IMG/VR virus record: IMGVR_UViG_3300017938_000005
DNA from: a virus
Taxonomy: Duplodnaviria; Heunggongvirae; Uroviricota; Caudoviricetes
Length of the DNA: 64,000 bases
Reading direction: 5' to 3' (one strand)
Both the position numbers and the translations under genes were made by a program. The notes under the pieces are model-generated. The model had not been told where the DNA came from, ran no database searches, and saw nothing but the letters and a program-made list of their open reading frames with translations. Below, piece after piece: positions 54,666-63,011 of this stretch; position 1 is the stretch's first letter, and the number at the start of each line of letters is the position of its first letter.

Positions 54666-54997
54666 CTTCGTGCTGCTTTCCGCGTGGTACCTCGCCGCGT
54701 ACGCGAACTGCTCGAGCGGGCAGGGCGAATCGCGCTCTTGCCCGTCCCCTTCCCCTTCCCCTTCCCCTTCCCCTTCCCCTTCCCCTTCCCCTTCCCCTTC
54801 ATGAGCATTTCGAGTCCATGACCCAGCGCGAAACGAAACATCGCCGTGCGCGAGACTTCCACAGGAACGAGGCTCGATTTTCGTAGTACGTCGACCTTGC
54901 CGACCCAGGACTTCGGGACCCGGAAGTTGATCGACCGCGTGACTTCGCTCGGAACGTTGCGCCCCGACTTCGACTTCATCTTCGACTTCACGCTCAA
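54662..54997 (-). CDS. ribbon-helix-helix DNA-binding protein with (GK)n tail
   Basis: RSINFRVPKSW..VSRTAMFRFALGHGL; (CCCCTT)n repeat about 54746-54800. Confidence 0.72.
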   Translation of the reverse strand: MSVKSKMKSKSGRNVPSEVTRSINFRVPKSWVGKVDVLRKSSLVPVEVSRTAMFRFALGHGLEMLMKGKGKGKGKGKGKGKGKGTGKSAIRPARSSSSRTRRGTTRKAARR

Positions 54998-55662
54998 CCC
55001 CCCAAGCTCGACGCGTAGAGCTTCTCACAAGCTTCGGCGTAAGCGTCGATGGCCGCGACGCGCGCGAGACAAGCCGCGCGCTCCTTGACGAGATCGGGAT
55101 GCTTCTCGGCGAAAGCCCTCGCGCCCGCGCCCGCCCCACCGGCCCCCGCCCCCGTGATGACCGGCAGGGACGGAACCTGCGTGCCTGTGCGCTTGGCCCT
55201 CATTCCCTTGCGCTTACTGTCCTGCTGCTCGCGGATGATGCGCGCGAGATCGTCGTCACCTGCGACGACGGCGACGCTCTCGGCGCCACGCTTCGCCTGG
55301 CGCCGCCCCACACGCTTCACACCGCCCTCGCCTTTCGCGCCGTGCCCGCGCCTGGGCGATGCGGGAGAAGGAGAAGAAGAATCCTCCACGACCGTCTTCC
55401 CGAGCGCTTTCCCGCTGAACCCGAGGCGCCGCGCAATGGCGTGGCCCTTCTTCGTGAGGAGATAGCCGCTCATCGACTTGCCCTGGTAGACGAATCCGTA
55501 GCGATGGGCGAGGAGGTAGAGCGCCTGCACCGTCACCCTCACGCCGAGCGAAAGCTCCGCGGCGACCTGGGCGGAGGTGAGCGGCATCCGCGCAGAGAGG
55601 AGCTTGAGGATGCGCCAGGGCTGAGTGTCCTTCTTCGGGAGGTACGTGGGATGAGTTGACAT
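54994..55662 (-). CDS. winged-helix (MarR/ArsR-like) DNA-binding protein
   Basis: RILKLL..PLTSAQVAAEL..TVQALYLL...GFV..YLLTKKG. Confidence 0.75.
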   Translation of the reverse strand: MSTHPTYLPKKDTQPWRILKLLSARMPLTSAQVAAELSLGVRVTVQALYLLAHRYGFVYQGKSMSGYLLTKKGHAIARRLGFSGKALGKTVVEDSSSPSPASPRRGHGAKGEGGVKRVGRRQAKRGAESVAVVAGDDDLARIIREQQDSKRKGMRAKRTGTQVPSLPVITGAGAGGAGAGARAFAEKHPDLVKERAACLARVAAIDAYAEACEKLYASSLGG

Positions 55663-55669
55663 GTATCCC

Positions 55670-55698
55670 TCTATACATCCTCCACGGCCTCTTCACAA
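55670..55698 (-). promoter_or_regulatory. sigma70-like promoter TTGTGA-N17-(TG)TATAGA; ATG 8 nt downstream
   Basis: Read directly. Confidence 0.55.
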
Positions 55699-55727
55699 GA
55701 GAGTCGGCCCTGCGCTAACAACCCGTG

Positions 55728-56324
55728 CTAACAACCCGTGCAGACAAGGCCGCCGTACGTCTCCGCGTTGCTCACGCACGTCGCGTCCCACGCCGTCGTG
55801 CAACACGACGGGAAGAGGTTGCACGTGATCGTCACGATGTAACTGGGGTCGCAGCCCTTCGGGAGCGCCGCGCCCGTCGTGCACGGTGAGTGCGAGCACG
55901 TCCCGAGGTCAATCGAGCAGACGCACGCCCCCGCGCTGCACGCGCCCTTGCTCCCCGTGCAAGCAAGTCCGCAGCCGTTGCAATTCTTGGAATCGCTCGA
56001 CTCGTCCACGCACTTGTTCGAGCAGCATGCGAGGCCGCCCCCGCAGCCGCCGTCGCACGGGGGCGACGTGACGCCGCCGTCGCCGTCTGATCCCGCGTCG
56101 CTCGCCGAGTCCGCACCGCCGTCGGAAGCGACGCCATCTACCTGCGCTCCGTCACCCTGTCCATCGTTCCCCTGGCCACCGTCCACCTGCACGACGTCGG
56201 GATCGCCGCCACCGTCCAAAGGATCACCGCCATCGAGATCCGTGCCCGAGACTCCGCCACATGCGAAGAGCCCGCAAGCGACTACCACGACCATCACCAC
56301 ACCCGTACAGCCCATGCGATTCAT
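55728..56324 (-). CDS. myxobacterial-type Cys-rich secreted lipoprotein
   Basis: Signal/lipobox-like LFACGG, DGG-rich linker, CCSNKCVD..SKNCNGCGLAC repeat. Confidence 0.82.
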   Translation of the reverse strand: MNRMGCTGVVMVVVVACGLFACGGVSGTDLDGGDPLDGGGDPDVVQVDGGQGNDGQGDGAQVDGVASDGGADSASDAGSDGDGGVTSPPCDGGCGGGLACCSNKCVDESSDSKNCNGCGLACTGSKGACSAGACVCSIDLGTCSHSPCTTGAALPKGCDPSYIVTITCNLFPSCCTTAWDATCVSNAETYGGLVCTGC

Positions 56325-56461
56325 GATTCCATTCCCCCTTCAAGGTTCTCCCGGCGCCATCGATTCCACCGCACCTCGTTCGCGACGAGGCAGAAGACGA
56401 GCACGGCGGGCGGAAGCCCCGTCACCGCGAGGAGCATCAAGAAGTACAGCGGCGGCATCAT
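56321..56461 (-). CDS. small single-TM protein
   Basis: YFLMLLAVTGLPPAVLVFCLV. Confidence 0.5.
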   Translation of the reverse strand: MMPPLYFLMLLAVTGLPPAVLVFCLVANEVRWNRWRRENLEGGMES

Positions 56462-56694
56462 GACTTCTCCGAGAGGTAACGCGCGATGTAAGCCTTCACG
56501 TGGCCCGGCGTGACCATGCCATCGCTCGTCCTCTTCCACTGCCCGCGCTCGATGGTGTTCCAATCGCGACCCGTGAGCTTCAAATAATTCACGATCGTCT
56601 TCTTGCCCGTGCGCGGGTTCTTGATGACGGCATTGCCCTTGCCCGTCGTGAACTCCCACGTCTCGCCGCCCACTTGAACTTTCCTCACGACCAC
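56458..56694 (-). CDS. hypothetical protein
   Basis: Track ORF. Confidence 0.7.
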   Translation of the reverse strand: MVVRKVQVGGETWEFTTGKGNAVIKNPRTGKKTIVNYLKLTGRDWNTIERGQWKRTSDGMVTPGHVKAYIARYLSEKS

Positions 56695-58703
56695 ACCTTC
56701 CCCGGCGCACGAGCGGCGCGCTTGCTGCCCCGCTTACCGCTCTTGCCGTCGTCTCCGAGCACCACGGGCTCGGATTCCGCGAGGATGCTCGCGTCGTAGT
56801 TCGGCAAGCCCTGCGAGCGAAGGTGCCCGACAACCGCGCCGACTTCGTCCTCCGTGACCATCGGAACCTGGACCCGAACGAGCGCATCCGAGTCGCCGGT
56901 CTTCACGAGCGCGTCGCCCCTGCCGAGGAGGTGCTCCGCGCCCTGCTCGTCGAGCACGACTTTGCTGTCAATCGCCTGCGCCGTGCGAAAAGCCACCCGC
57001 GAAGGGAAGTTCGACTTGATGAGCCCCGTCACGACGTCGACGGACGGGCGCTGCGTGGCGACGACGACGTGGATGCCCGCGGCGCGCGCCTTCTGCCCGA
57101 GCCGCACGAGGAGCGGCTCGACGGCCTTCTTCTCCTGCATCATCAGGTCGGCAAGCTCGTCGACCACGACCACGATGAACGGCATGCGCTCGGTGCGCGA
57201 GACCTTGCCGTTGAACGACGCGAGGTTCTTGACCCCCCCGCGAGCGAGCTGCTGGTAGCGACGATCCATCTCTTCGCAGCACCACGAGAGCGCGCGGATC
57301 GCTCGATCCGCTTCCGTCACGACCGGGCAGAGCAGGTGCGGCACGCCCGCGTAGGGCTGAAGCTCGACGACCTTCGGGTCGATGAGCACGAGGCGGACTT
57401 CTTCCGGCGAGCGCGCGAAGAGGAGCGACGACAAGAGAACGTTCGTGCCCACGCTCTTACCCGACCCCGTCGCGCCGCCCACGATGAGGTGCGGCATCGT
57501 CGCGAGGTCCGCGTAGACACCCTCGCCGCGAACGTCGCGCCCGATCACGACGGGGAGCGAGGCCGACTTCTTCGCCTCTTCCCAGCGCGCGTCCTCGAGA
57601 AGCTCGCGAAGGCCTACCGCAGCACGCTCCTCGTTCTGCACCTCAAACCCGACGCGCCCGAGGCGCGACGGCACGACGCGGACCTTGCGGCCGAACGCGA
57701 GCGACAAGTCCCCCTCGAGCCCCATCACCTTCGAGAGCTTCGTGCCTGCCTCGATCCCGCACTCGAACGTCGTGACGACCGGACCCGGGACCACCGCGAG
57801 CACGCTCGCCTCGACGTCGAACGACGAGAGCGTCAAAACGAGGTGGCGAGACTCTTCGGCGAGCTGCGCATCGCCGGCCGCGCCCGCGCACGCTTCAGTG
57901 CGCAAGAGAAGCGACGTCGCCGGCTTCTCGAACTCGCGGACAACGCGGCTCTTGAACCCGATCCCGTCGGGAGCGGAGACGCAAGGAAGCGTCGCAGAGA
58001 AAGACGACTCCGGCTCCCACGATTCCCGCTCCGACGCCACCGACGACGAAGGCACCGACGACGAAGGCACCGGCGATGACGTCCCCGCATCCGCATCTTC
58101 CTGCGAGCAGGCGTCCGCGACCGACACCGGCGCGAGCGACTCCGGCTCCGCCGCCCAAGCCCCCGGCGCGGGAGACATCGGCTGCGTGTGCGGCATGTCC
58201 GCACGCACCGGACGAAGCGGCGCCGCGCCACTACGACCACGGCGCGCCGCGATACTGCGGAGGTCGACGCGGGACGCGAAGACCAGGAAAACAAGGAAGA
58301 GCGCCATGAGAGACGCCCCCACGGTCCCGAGCCCAGACTCCGCGAGATCGCCGAGGCCCGCACCCAAGAACCCGCCATCGCCGCCCCAGACGCGGACGAG
58401 CGTTGCGAAGACGAGCACGAGTCCCGCATCCGTGAAGCCGCGGAAAGCCTTGTAACCCTTGCCGCGCCAGAGAGACGCGGCTCCGAGCACGAGCATCAAG
58501 ACGCCGGCCCAAGCGACGACCCCGAGCGACGCCGAGAGCACGTGCCCGATCGCGTCGCCCAAGGGGCCGAAGAGGCCCGCGAGCGAGAGCATCCCCGCGA
58601 ACGCGGAGATCCCCGCCGCCACCGCCATCGCCTTGTCTTTCGTCGCCGCCCTGCTCACCTTGTTCACTTCATGCCTCTCTTCGCAATCATACCGTTTTGT
58701 CAC
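56685..58703 (-). CDS. ftsK: FtsK/SpoIIIE DNA translocase (TM region + alpha/beta motor, no gamma domain)
   Basis: N-terminal TMs; GPVVT.FE..G.K.S; MPHLIVGGATGSGKSV; IVVVVDELADLMM; ATQRPSVDVVTGLIKSNFPSR; GAEHLLGRGD. Confidence 0.93.
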   Translation of the reverse strand: MTKRYDCEERHEVNKVSRAATKDKAMAVAAGISAFAGMLSLAGLFGPLGDAIGHVLSASLGVVAWAGVLMLVLGAASLWRGKGYKAFRGFTDAGLVLVFATLVRVWGGDGGFLGAGLGDLAESGLGTVGASLMALFLVFLVFASRVDLRSIAARRGRSGAAPLRPVRADMPHTQPMSPAPGAWAAEPESLAPVSVADACSQEDADAGTSSPVPSSSVPSSSVASERESWEPESSFSATLPCVSAPDGIGFKSRVVREFEKPATSLLLRTEACAGAAGDAQLAEESRHLVLTLSSFDVEASVLAVVPGPVVTTFECGIEAGTKLSKVMGLEGDLSLAFGRKVRVVPSRLGRVGFEVQNEERAAVGLRELLEDARWEEAKKSASLPVVIGRDVRGEGVYADLATMPHLIVGGATGSGKSVGTNVLLSSLLFARSPEEVRLVLIDPKVVELQPYAGVPHLLCPVVTEADRAIRALSWCCEEMDRRYQQLARGGVKNLASFNGKVSRTERMPFIVVVVDELADLMMQEKKAVEPLLVRLGQKARAAGIHVVVATQRPSVDVVTGLIKSNFPSRVAFRTAQAIDSKVVLDEQGAEHLLGRGDALVKTGDSDALVRVQVPMVTEDEVGAVVGHLRSQGLPNYDASILAESEPVVLGDDGKSGKRGSKRAARAPGKVWS

Positions 58704-58709
58704 CTTAGG

Positions 58710-58738
58710 ATTATAAGTCGTTCGCGGTTCCCCCGCAA
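58710..58738 (-). promoter_or_regulatory. sigma70 promoter TTGCGG-N17-TATAAT; GTG start 7 nt downstream (leaderless candidate)
   Basis: Read directly. Confidence 0.75.
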
Positions 58739-58783
58739 GTCCCTTCCGCGCACCGAACCGAACAGCGTCACCCGCGCGCCGCG

Positions 58784-59056
58784 CTAGGACGGCTGGAGCA
58801 CCTCGTTCGAGCGGAGCACCTCGATCTGGCGCGCGAACTTCTCGAGGTTGACGTGGTGCTGGACCACCTTCTTGTCGCTCACGATGTAGAACTTGCCGAG
58901 CTTCTTCTCGCGATCGGTCAAGCCTTCGCCCGAGCGCGCCGCCTTGTTCTTGCAGAGCTTGCGCCCGCCCTTCTGCTCCGCGAGGAAACGGTTGATGCGC
59001 TTCATGAGCGTGCGCTCCTCGATGTTCACCTTCGTCCTCTTGTAGTCCTCGGCCAT
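58784..59056 (-). CDS. basic hypothetical protein
   Basis: MAEDYKR..; GGAG RBS. Confidence 0.7.
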   Translation of the reverse strand: MAEDYKRTKVNIEERTLMKRINRFLAEQKGGRKLCKNKAARSGEGLTDREKKLGKFYIVSDKKVVQHHVNLEKFARQIEVLRSNEVLQPS

Positions 59057-59091
59057 GGTCTTCTCCTTCTTCTTTCCTTTCACGAACTCGC

Positions 59092-59694
59092 TCAAACTTT
59101 CGCCTTCGCGAGCGCCCGCTCGCGCTGCGCGAGCTTGCGCGTCCACTTCGAGACGAGCGTCGCCGCGAGCTTCTGGCGCCGCTCGTACTTCTTGATGTTC
59201 TCCCGCGCCTCCGAGACCCGCGTCTCGAGCCTCTTCATCTTCTCCGCGGCGCGAGCCCTCGCGCTGCCCGCGCGCGCCCTCTCGCCCTCCTCGAGCATCT
59301 CCGAGCGAAGCTCCGCGCGGGCGGGCGCGCCCTTCTTGTACTCCCCGCTCGCGACCCAACCCTCGTCGACTTCCCAGCCCGCGCGCGGCGGAACGAGCAT
59401 CACAGCTTCGAGCCGCGTGAGCACGCGTTCCAGCGCGCCGCCCGACGACCGCCACCACCGACCCCTCGGATCCGGTTCGTCCGCCACCAAAACCGATACC
59501 GTGCACCCCGGATCCGCATAGATATTCTGCATCCAGCGAAGAACGCGGTCGTACTTCTTGGCAAGCTGTCCGGTCACGCGGCAATACGCCCAACGCCGAC
59601 GCTTCGGCCGCTCGAACCTGCACGGCGCCGCGACCGGGCCATCCGGCGTCTTGAGCGAGATGAACCCGGTACCCGACGAGATCGCGGCGCTCAC
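59092..59694 (-). CDS. hypothetical protein with C-terminal coil
   Basis: Track ORF. Confidence 0.7.
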   Translation of the reverse strand: MSAAISSGTGFISLKTPDGPVAAPCRFERPKRRRWAYCRVTGQLAKKYDRVLRWMQNIYADPGCTVSVLVADEPDPRGRWWRSSGGALERVLTRLEAVMLVPPRAGWEVDEGWVASGEYKKGAPARAELRSEMLEEGERARAGSARARAAEKMKRLETRVSEARENIKKYERRQKLAATLVSKWTRKLAQRERALAKAKV

Positions 59695-60113
59695 TGCTCG
59701 ACCTCACACCGGTCCAGAAGGTCCGTCACCTCTTCGTCCGTCATCTTCGCGTAGTCGGCGAAGCTCCAGGTAAAGTCCGCCCGGCGAAGCTTCGCCTTCG
59801 TGTCGACGGCCGCGTCCTCGGTGAAGTCGTTGCAGAAGGAGACGCGCTGCTCCTGGACGTCCACGAACACGACCGGGTGCTCGCGGTCGCCCGCCAAGGA
59901 GCGCCCGATCCCGAAGCCCGTCTCGTCCGCCTCGTGGCCCTTCACCAGCTCGCAGAAAATGATCCGTGCGAGGTAGTTGTCGTCCGTCCAGCGCCACTCC
60001 TTCGCGAGTGCGCACCGCACGACGGCCGCGATGCTACTACCGGACCAGTGTGCGTAGAATACGACGTCCTTGCCGTCCCTATCCCGCACCACGATGTTGC
60101 TCCGATCACCCAT
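59691..60113 (-). CDS. conserved phage early protein (MGDR..HW.G type)
   Basis: MGDRSNI..YAHWSG..RWTDDNYLARII..TGFGI pattern. Confidence 0.8.
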   Translation of the reverse strand: MGDRSNIVVRDRDGKDVVFYAHWSGSSIAAVVRCALAKEWRWTDDNYLARIIFCELVKGHEADETGFGIGRSLAGDREHPVVFVDVQEQRVSFCNDFTEDAAVDTKAKLRRADFTWSFADYAKMTDEEVTDLLDRCEVEQ

Positions 60114-60151
60114 GTCAGCTCCTCACCTTTTTGAGCCCACCAACCCAAAAC

Positions 60152-60178
60152 CCTATATAGACAGAATGTCTACTTAGG
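60152..60178. promoter_or_regulatory. 27-bp dyad site A: CCTATATAGACA-GAA-TGTCTACTTAGG
   Basis: Read directly. Confidence 0.75.
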
Positions 60179-60295
60179 TACTTAGCCTCATTGCACCCAT
60201 CGTGCCAGTCGCAAACCCACGAGATCCTTGACCTGGGCCGCGCGACGTGAACCCGAGGCCACGGCGGTGCCGTGAACCCGGGTTCACGACCTCGT

Positions 60296-61081
60296 TCACT
60301 TCCCCATCCCCGCCGCGATGCTGCGCTTGAGCGCCTCGAAGAGGTCGACGATGATCGCCGGAGGCGCCGCGTCGGGCAGGCTGATCTCTTTGCCCGCGAT
60401 CTTCTGGTCCACCGCGTCCCGGATGCGGTCCTGGTACTCGTCCTTGTACTTGTCCGCCTTGAATGCCGGGGTTTCGAGCCGCTTGATGAGCTGCGCCGCG
60501 AGATCCAGCTCGATTTCCTTGAACTCCGTCTTCTCGCTCGGCGCGATGCCCTCGAACGCGCGCACCTCGCTCGCGTAGTACGCGTACGACATGAGGAGGC
60601 CCCCGCGGTACGGGCGAATGAGGACGAGCTGCACGCGCCCGCGCGTCCAGTAGCGGCCGACCGCGATCTTCTTCGCGACCTTCATCGCCTGCGCGAGGAG
60701 CTGGTACGATTTTCCGGCGCCCTTGTCCGGCCCGATGTAGTAGCTCTTTTCGAGGTACGCGAGATCGACGCTCTCCTCCGGCACGAACTCGACGATCTCG
60801 AGCGAATCGGTCTTCGCGGGTTCGAGCTTCTTCAGCTCTTCGGCCGTGAACTGGACGTACCGATCCTTGGCGTACTCGAAGCCCTTCACCATCTCCGTGC
60901 GGTCGACAACCACGTTCTCGACCGGGCAGAGGTACTGCTGCTTCATGCGGCTCCCGCATTTGCCGTGGAGCATGTTGAACGACGCGTCGTGGGACGACGC
61001 CGTCGTGTAGACCTTGAACGGGATCGACACGAGCCCGAACGAGATCGTTCCTGAACCGATTGCGCGCGCTGACGAAGACAT
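60296..61081 (-). CDS. ku: Ku (NHEJ DNA end-binding) protein
   Basis: G.ISFGLVSIP.K.YTA..F..LH..C..R..YLCP..KG(F)EY.KD.YV..IVDLFEALKRS; ATG at 61081 with AGGTGAGG RBS. Confidence 0.95.
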   Translation of the reverse strand: MSSSARAIGSGTISFGLVSIPFKVYTTASSHDASFNMLHGKCGSRMKQQYLCPVENVVVDRTEMVKGFEYAKDRYVQFTAEELKKLEPAKTDSLEIVEFVPEESVDLAYLEKSYYIGPDKGAGKSYQLLAQAMKVAKKIAVGRYWTRGRVQLVLIRPYRGGLLMSYAYYASEVRAFEGIAPSEKTEFKEIELDLAAQLIKRLETPAFKADKYKDEYQDRIRDAVDQKIAGKEISLPDAAPPAIIVDLFEALKRSIAAGMGK

Positions 61082-61105
61082 GTGGCTCACCTCACCTTTC
61101 CGACC

Positions 61106-61134
61106 CTTATAACGCCGACTCCCGACCCATGCAA
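61106..61134 (-). promoter_or_regulatory. sigma70-like promoter of ku, TTGCAT-N17-TATAAG
   Basis: Read directly. Confidence 0.7.
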
Positions 61135-61160
61135 CTATATAGACATTCTGTCTACGTAGG
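61134..61160. promoter_or_regulatory. 27-bp dyad site B: ACTATATAGACA-TTC-TGTCTACGTAGG
   Basis: Read directly; abuts the ku -35 and contains the TPR stop codon. Confidence 0.75.
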
Positions 61161-62021
61161 CCCTGTAAGGCCCGATTCCGCGCGCTTCGAGCGCCCGCGC
61201 CTCCGCTTCGGCCTCGCGGACCCCGGCCCCGCCGTCGACCCCGCCACCGGCGCCAAGTGCGCGCGGGCGATGTCCGCCCACGTGCCGTTCGGCTCGAGAT
61301 CCAGGTACTTTTTCCAGTTTGTCCGCGCCTCCGCGCCCCGACCCATCTGCTCGAACGCCATCGCAAGGTTGAAGTGCGCGTCCGCGAAGCGGGCGTCCCG
61401 AGCGATCGCCTTGCCGAAGTGCTCCGACGCGGCGAGCGCGTCGCCGCGTTCGAGCATCACGTAACCGAGGTTGTAATGCGCTTCCGGCTGGCGTTCGTCG
61501 ATCGCAACGGCCGCGCGATAGAGCGTCTCGGCCTCGCGATCCTCACCGCGACGAAAAAGGATGTTGCCGAGATTCGTGTGCGCGATGGCGAGCCCCGGGT
61601 CGAGCAGGATCGCGCGCCGGTACATCGCTTCCGCCTCGTCGTACGTCGCGGGATTCTCGTCGAGCTGACTCGCGCGGACGTAGAGGTTGTAGGCCATGTG
61701 ATACGCGTTCGGCGGCCGGAGCGTGATGACTTCGCCGCCCTCGCCCTCACACGAGCCTTCGCTCACGCGGACACGCTCACTCGGAAACCGGATCACCGTC
61801 GCGACGTCGTCGACTTCATCCTCGGACGATCCACCGCCAAGCATGATGACCTTGCCCCATTTCGCAGACTCCACGGTCTTGCGCGCGGCGTCGAGCGTGA
61901 GCTGCCCCGAGGACGTCTCGCTATACGGGAGCCACGCGCCGTTCTTCTTCGCGTCGTTCTTCTTCCCGTCGTTCTTCTTCCCGTCATGACGGGGCACCGG
62001 GAAACCAATCACGTCGCCCAT
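61152..62021 (-). CDS. tetratricopeptide repeat protein
   Basis: Four TPRs (AIAHTNLG, PEAHYNLG, ADAHFNLA..); DGKKN x3 near N-terminus. Confidence 0.9.
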   Translation of the reverse strand: MGDVIGFPVPRHDGKKNDGKKNDAKKNGAWLPYSETSSGQLTLDAARKTVESAKWGKVIMLGGGSSEDEVDDVATVIRFPSERVRVSEGSCEGEGGEVITLRPPNAYHMAYNLYVRASQLDENPATYDEAEAMYRRAILLDPGLAIAHTNLGNILFRRGEDREAETLYRAAVAIDERQPEAHYNLGYVMLERGDALAASEHFGKAIARDARFADAHFNLAMAFEQMGRGAEARTNWKKYLDLEPNGTWADIARAHLAPVAGSTAGPGSARPKRRRGRSKRAESGLTGPT

Positions 62022-62022
62022 G

Positions 62023-62514
62023 TCACACGCCTCCCTTCTTTTCCTTCGCGACCTTCTTCGCGGGGATCTCGACGGCCCCGAGCTTCCGCTCTCCCTCGTG
62101 ACCAGACACCTCGAAAGCCTTCACCTCGACGCCGCCCTTGCCGTCCGCGCAGACGTGGTACTCGTATTCCTCGCCGACGTCTTTCGTATCCGGCGGATAG
62201 AGGTAGACCGAACCGACTTCGATGTCGGGCGATTCCCCGTTCAAAATGTCGAGCCACTTGCCGCCGTCGAGAACCGAGTGCTTGCGGCCCGTGTGCTTCA
62301 GGAAAGTCACGAGCTGCGCCGCGAGGCACCCCATCCCGTTGAACGACCTGAACTTCGCGTCGCCGGTGAAACCATTCACGAGCGATTTGCTCACGACGAA
62401 ATCGCGCACCTCGGCGCCGAGGCCCGGCTCTTCGGGGTACCCGTCCATCTGACGGTAGATCGCCACGATCTCTTTGCCGTCCTCGAAAACCCTCACGAGC
62501 GCCCGCGTCCCCAT
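62023..62514 (-). CDS. conserved phage early protein (MGTR..YRQ.DGYP type)
   Basis: MGTRAL..IYRQMDGYP..NGMGCLAAQLV..EEYEYHV. Confidence 0.82.
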   Translation of the reverse strand: MGTRALVRVFEDGKEIVAIYRQMDGYPEEPGLGAEVRDFVVSKSLVNGFTGDAKFRSFNGMGCLAAQLVTFLKHTGRKHSVLDGGKWLDILNGESPDIEVGSVYLYPPDTKDVGEEYEYHVCADGKGGVEVKAFEVSGHEGERKLGAVEIPAKKVAKEKKGGV

Positions 62515-62957
62515 CACTCGCCCCCTTCCGCGTCCAAAGCCACCTCGTAAGCATTGACCTCTTCCGCGCTCGGCTCCCGGGTCGCGCGACAATCTTCCTC
62601 GACCTTGTGCCAGAGCGAGCCCGCAATCGGCACGAGGGACGCGCCGCACGAACCGCACGTGTCATCGTCCTCGTCCACGCCCCTGTCGTCTCCGAACTCA
62701 GTATCGAGGCGTGCCACGCACTCTTCCGAGAGCTTACCCGTCTTGGCCGCATGCTCCCGCTCCTCCGGGGTGAGCGCGTCGGCGTAGATATCCCATTCGC
62801 ACGCGCGAACGGCGCGGAGGAGGTTCAGGCATTCGATCGCCGTGAACCCGTCGAACGCGTACTCGCGCGTGTAGCCGGAGATCCCCGCGAGCTGTCGAAG
62901 CTCTTCGATCCCGCTCTCGCCGAACTTATTGCTCTCGCCCTCTGCGTCCTCGCTCAT
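62514..62957 (-). CDS. hypothetical protein with C-terminal zinc ribbon
   Basis: MSEDAEG..CGSC..H..C; GGAG RBS. Confidence 0.7.
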   Translation of the reverse strand: MSEDAEGESNKFGESGIEELRQLAGISGYTREYAFDGFTAIECLNLLRAVRACEWDIYADALTPEEREHAAKTGKLSEECVARLDTEFGDDRGVDEDDDTCGSCGASLVPIAGSLWHKVEEDCRATREPSAEEVNAYEVALDAEGGE

Positions 62958-62982
62958 GATGGCTCCTTTTGAATCCCGTTGC

Positions 62983-63011
62983 ATCCTAACACATACCAAT
63001 GCATACCGCAT
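62983..63011 (-). promoter_or_regulatory. sigma70-like promoter ATGCGG-N17-TAGGAT
   Basis: Read directly in AT-richer gap. Confidence 0.5.

Noticed and set aside
60271-60288. Perfect 18-bp palindrome CGTGAACCCGGGTTCACG after ku
   Set aside because: Single GC-rich hairpin with no U-tract; possibly a pause or terminator but not supportable as a distinct element
60296-61366. Track N-terminal extensions (e.g. Ku to 61366, DUF433 to 29592, Dam to 49568, ABC ATPase to 4973, M41 to 3533)
   Set aside because: Extensions overlap upstream genes or promoters; trimmed to RBS-supported or stop-coupled starts
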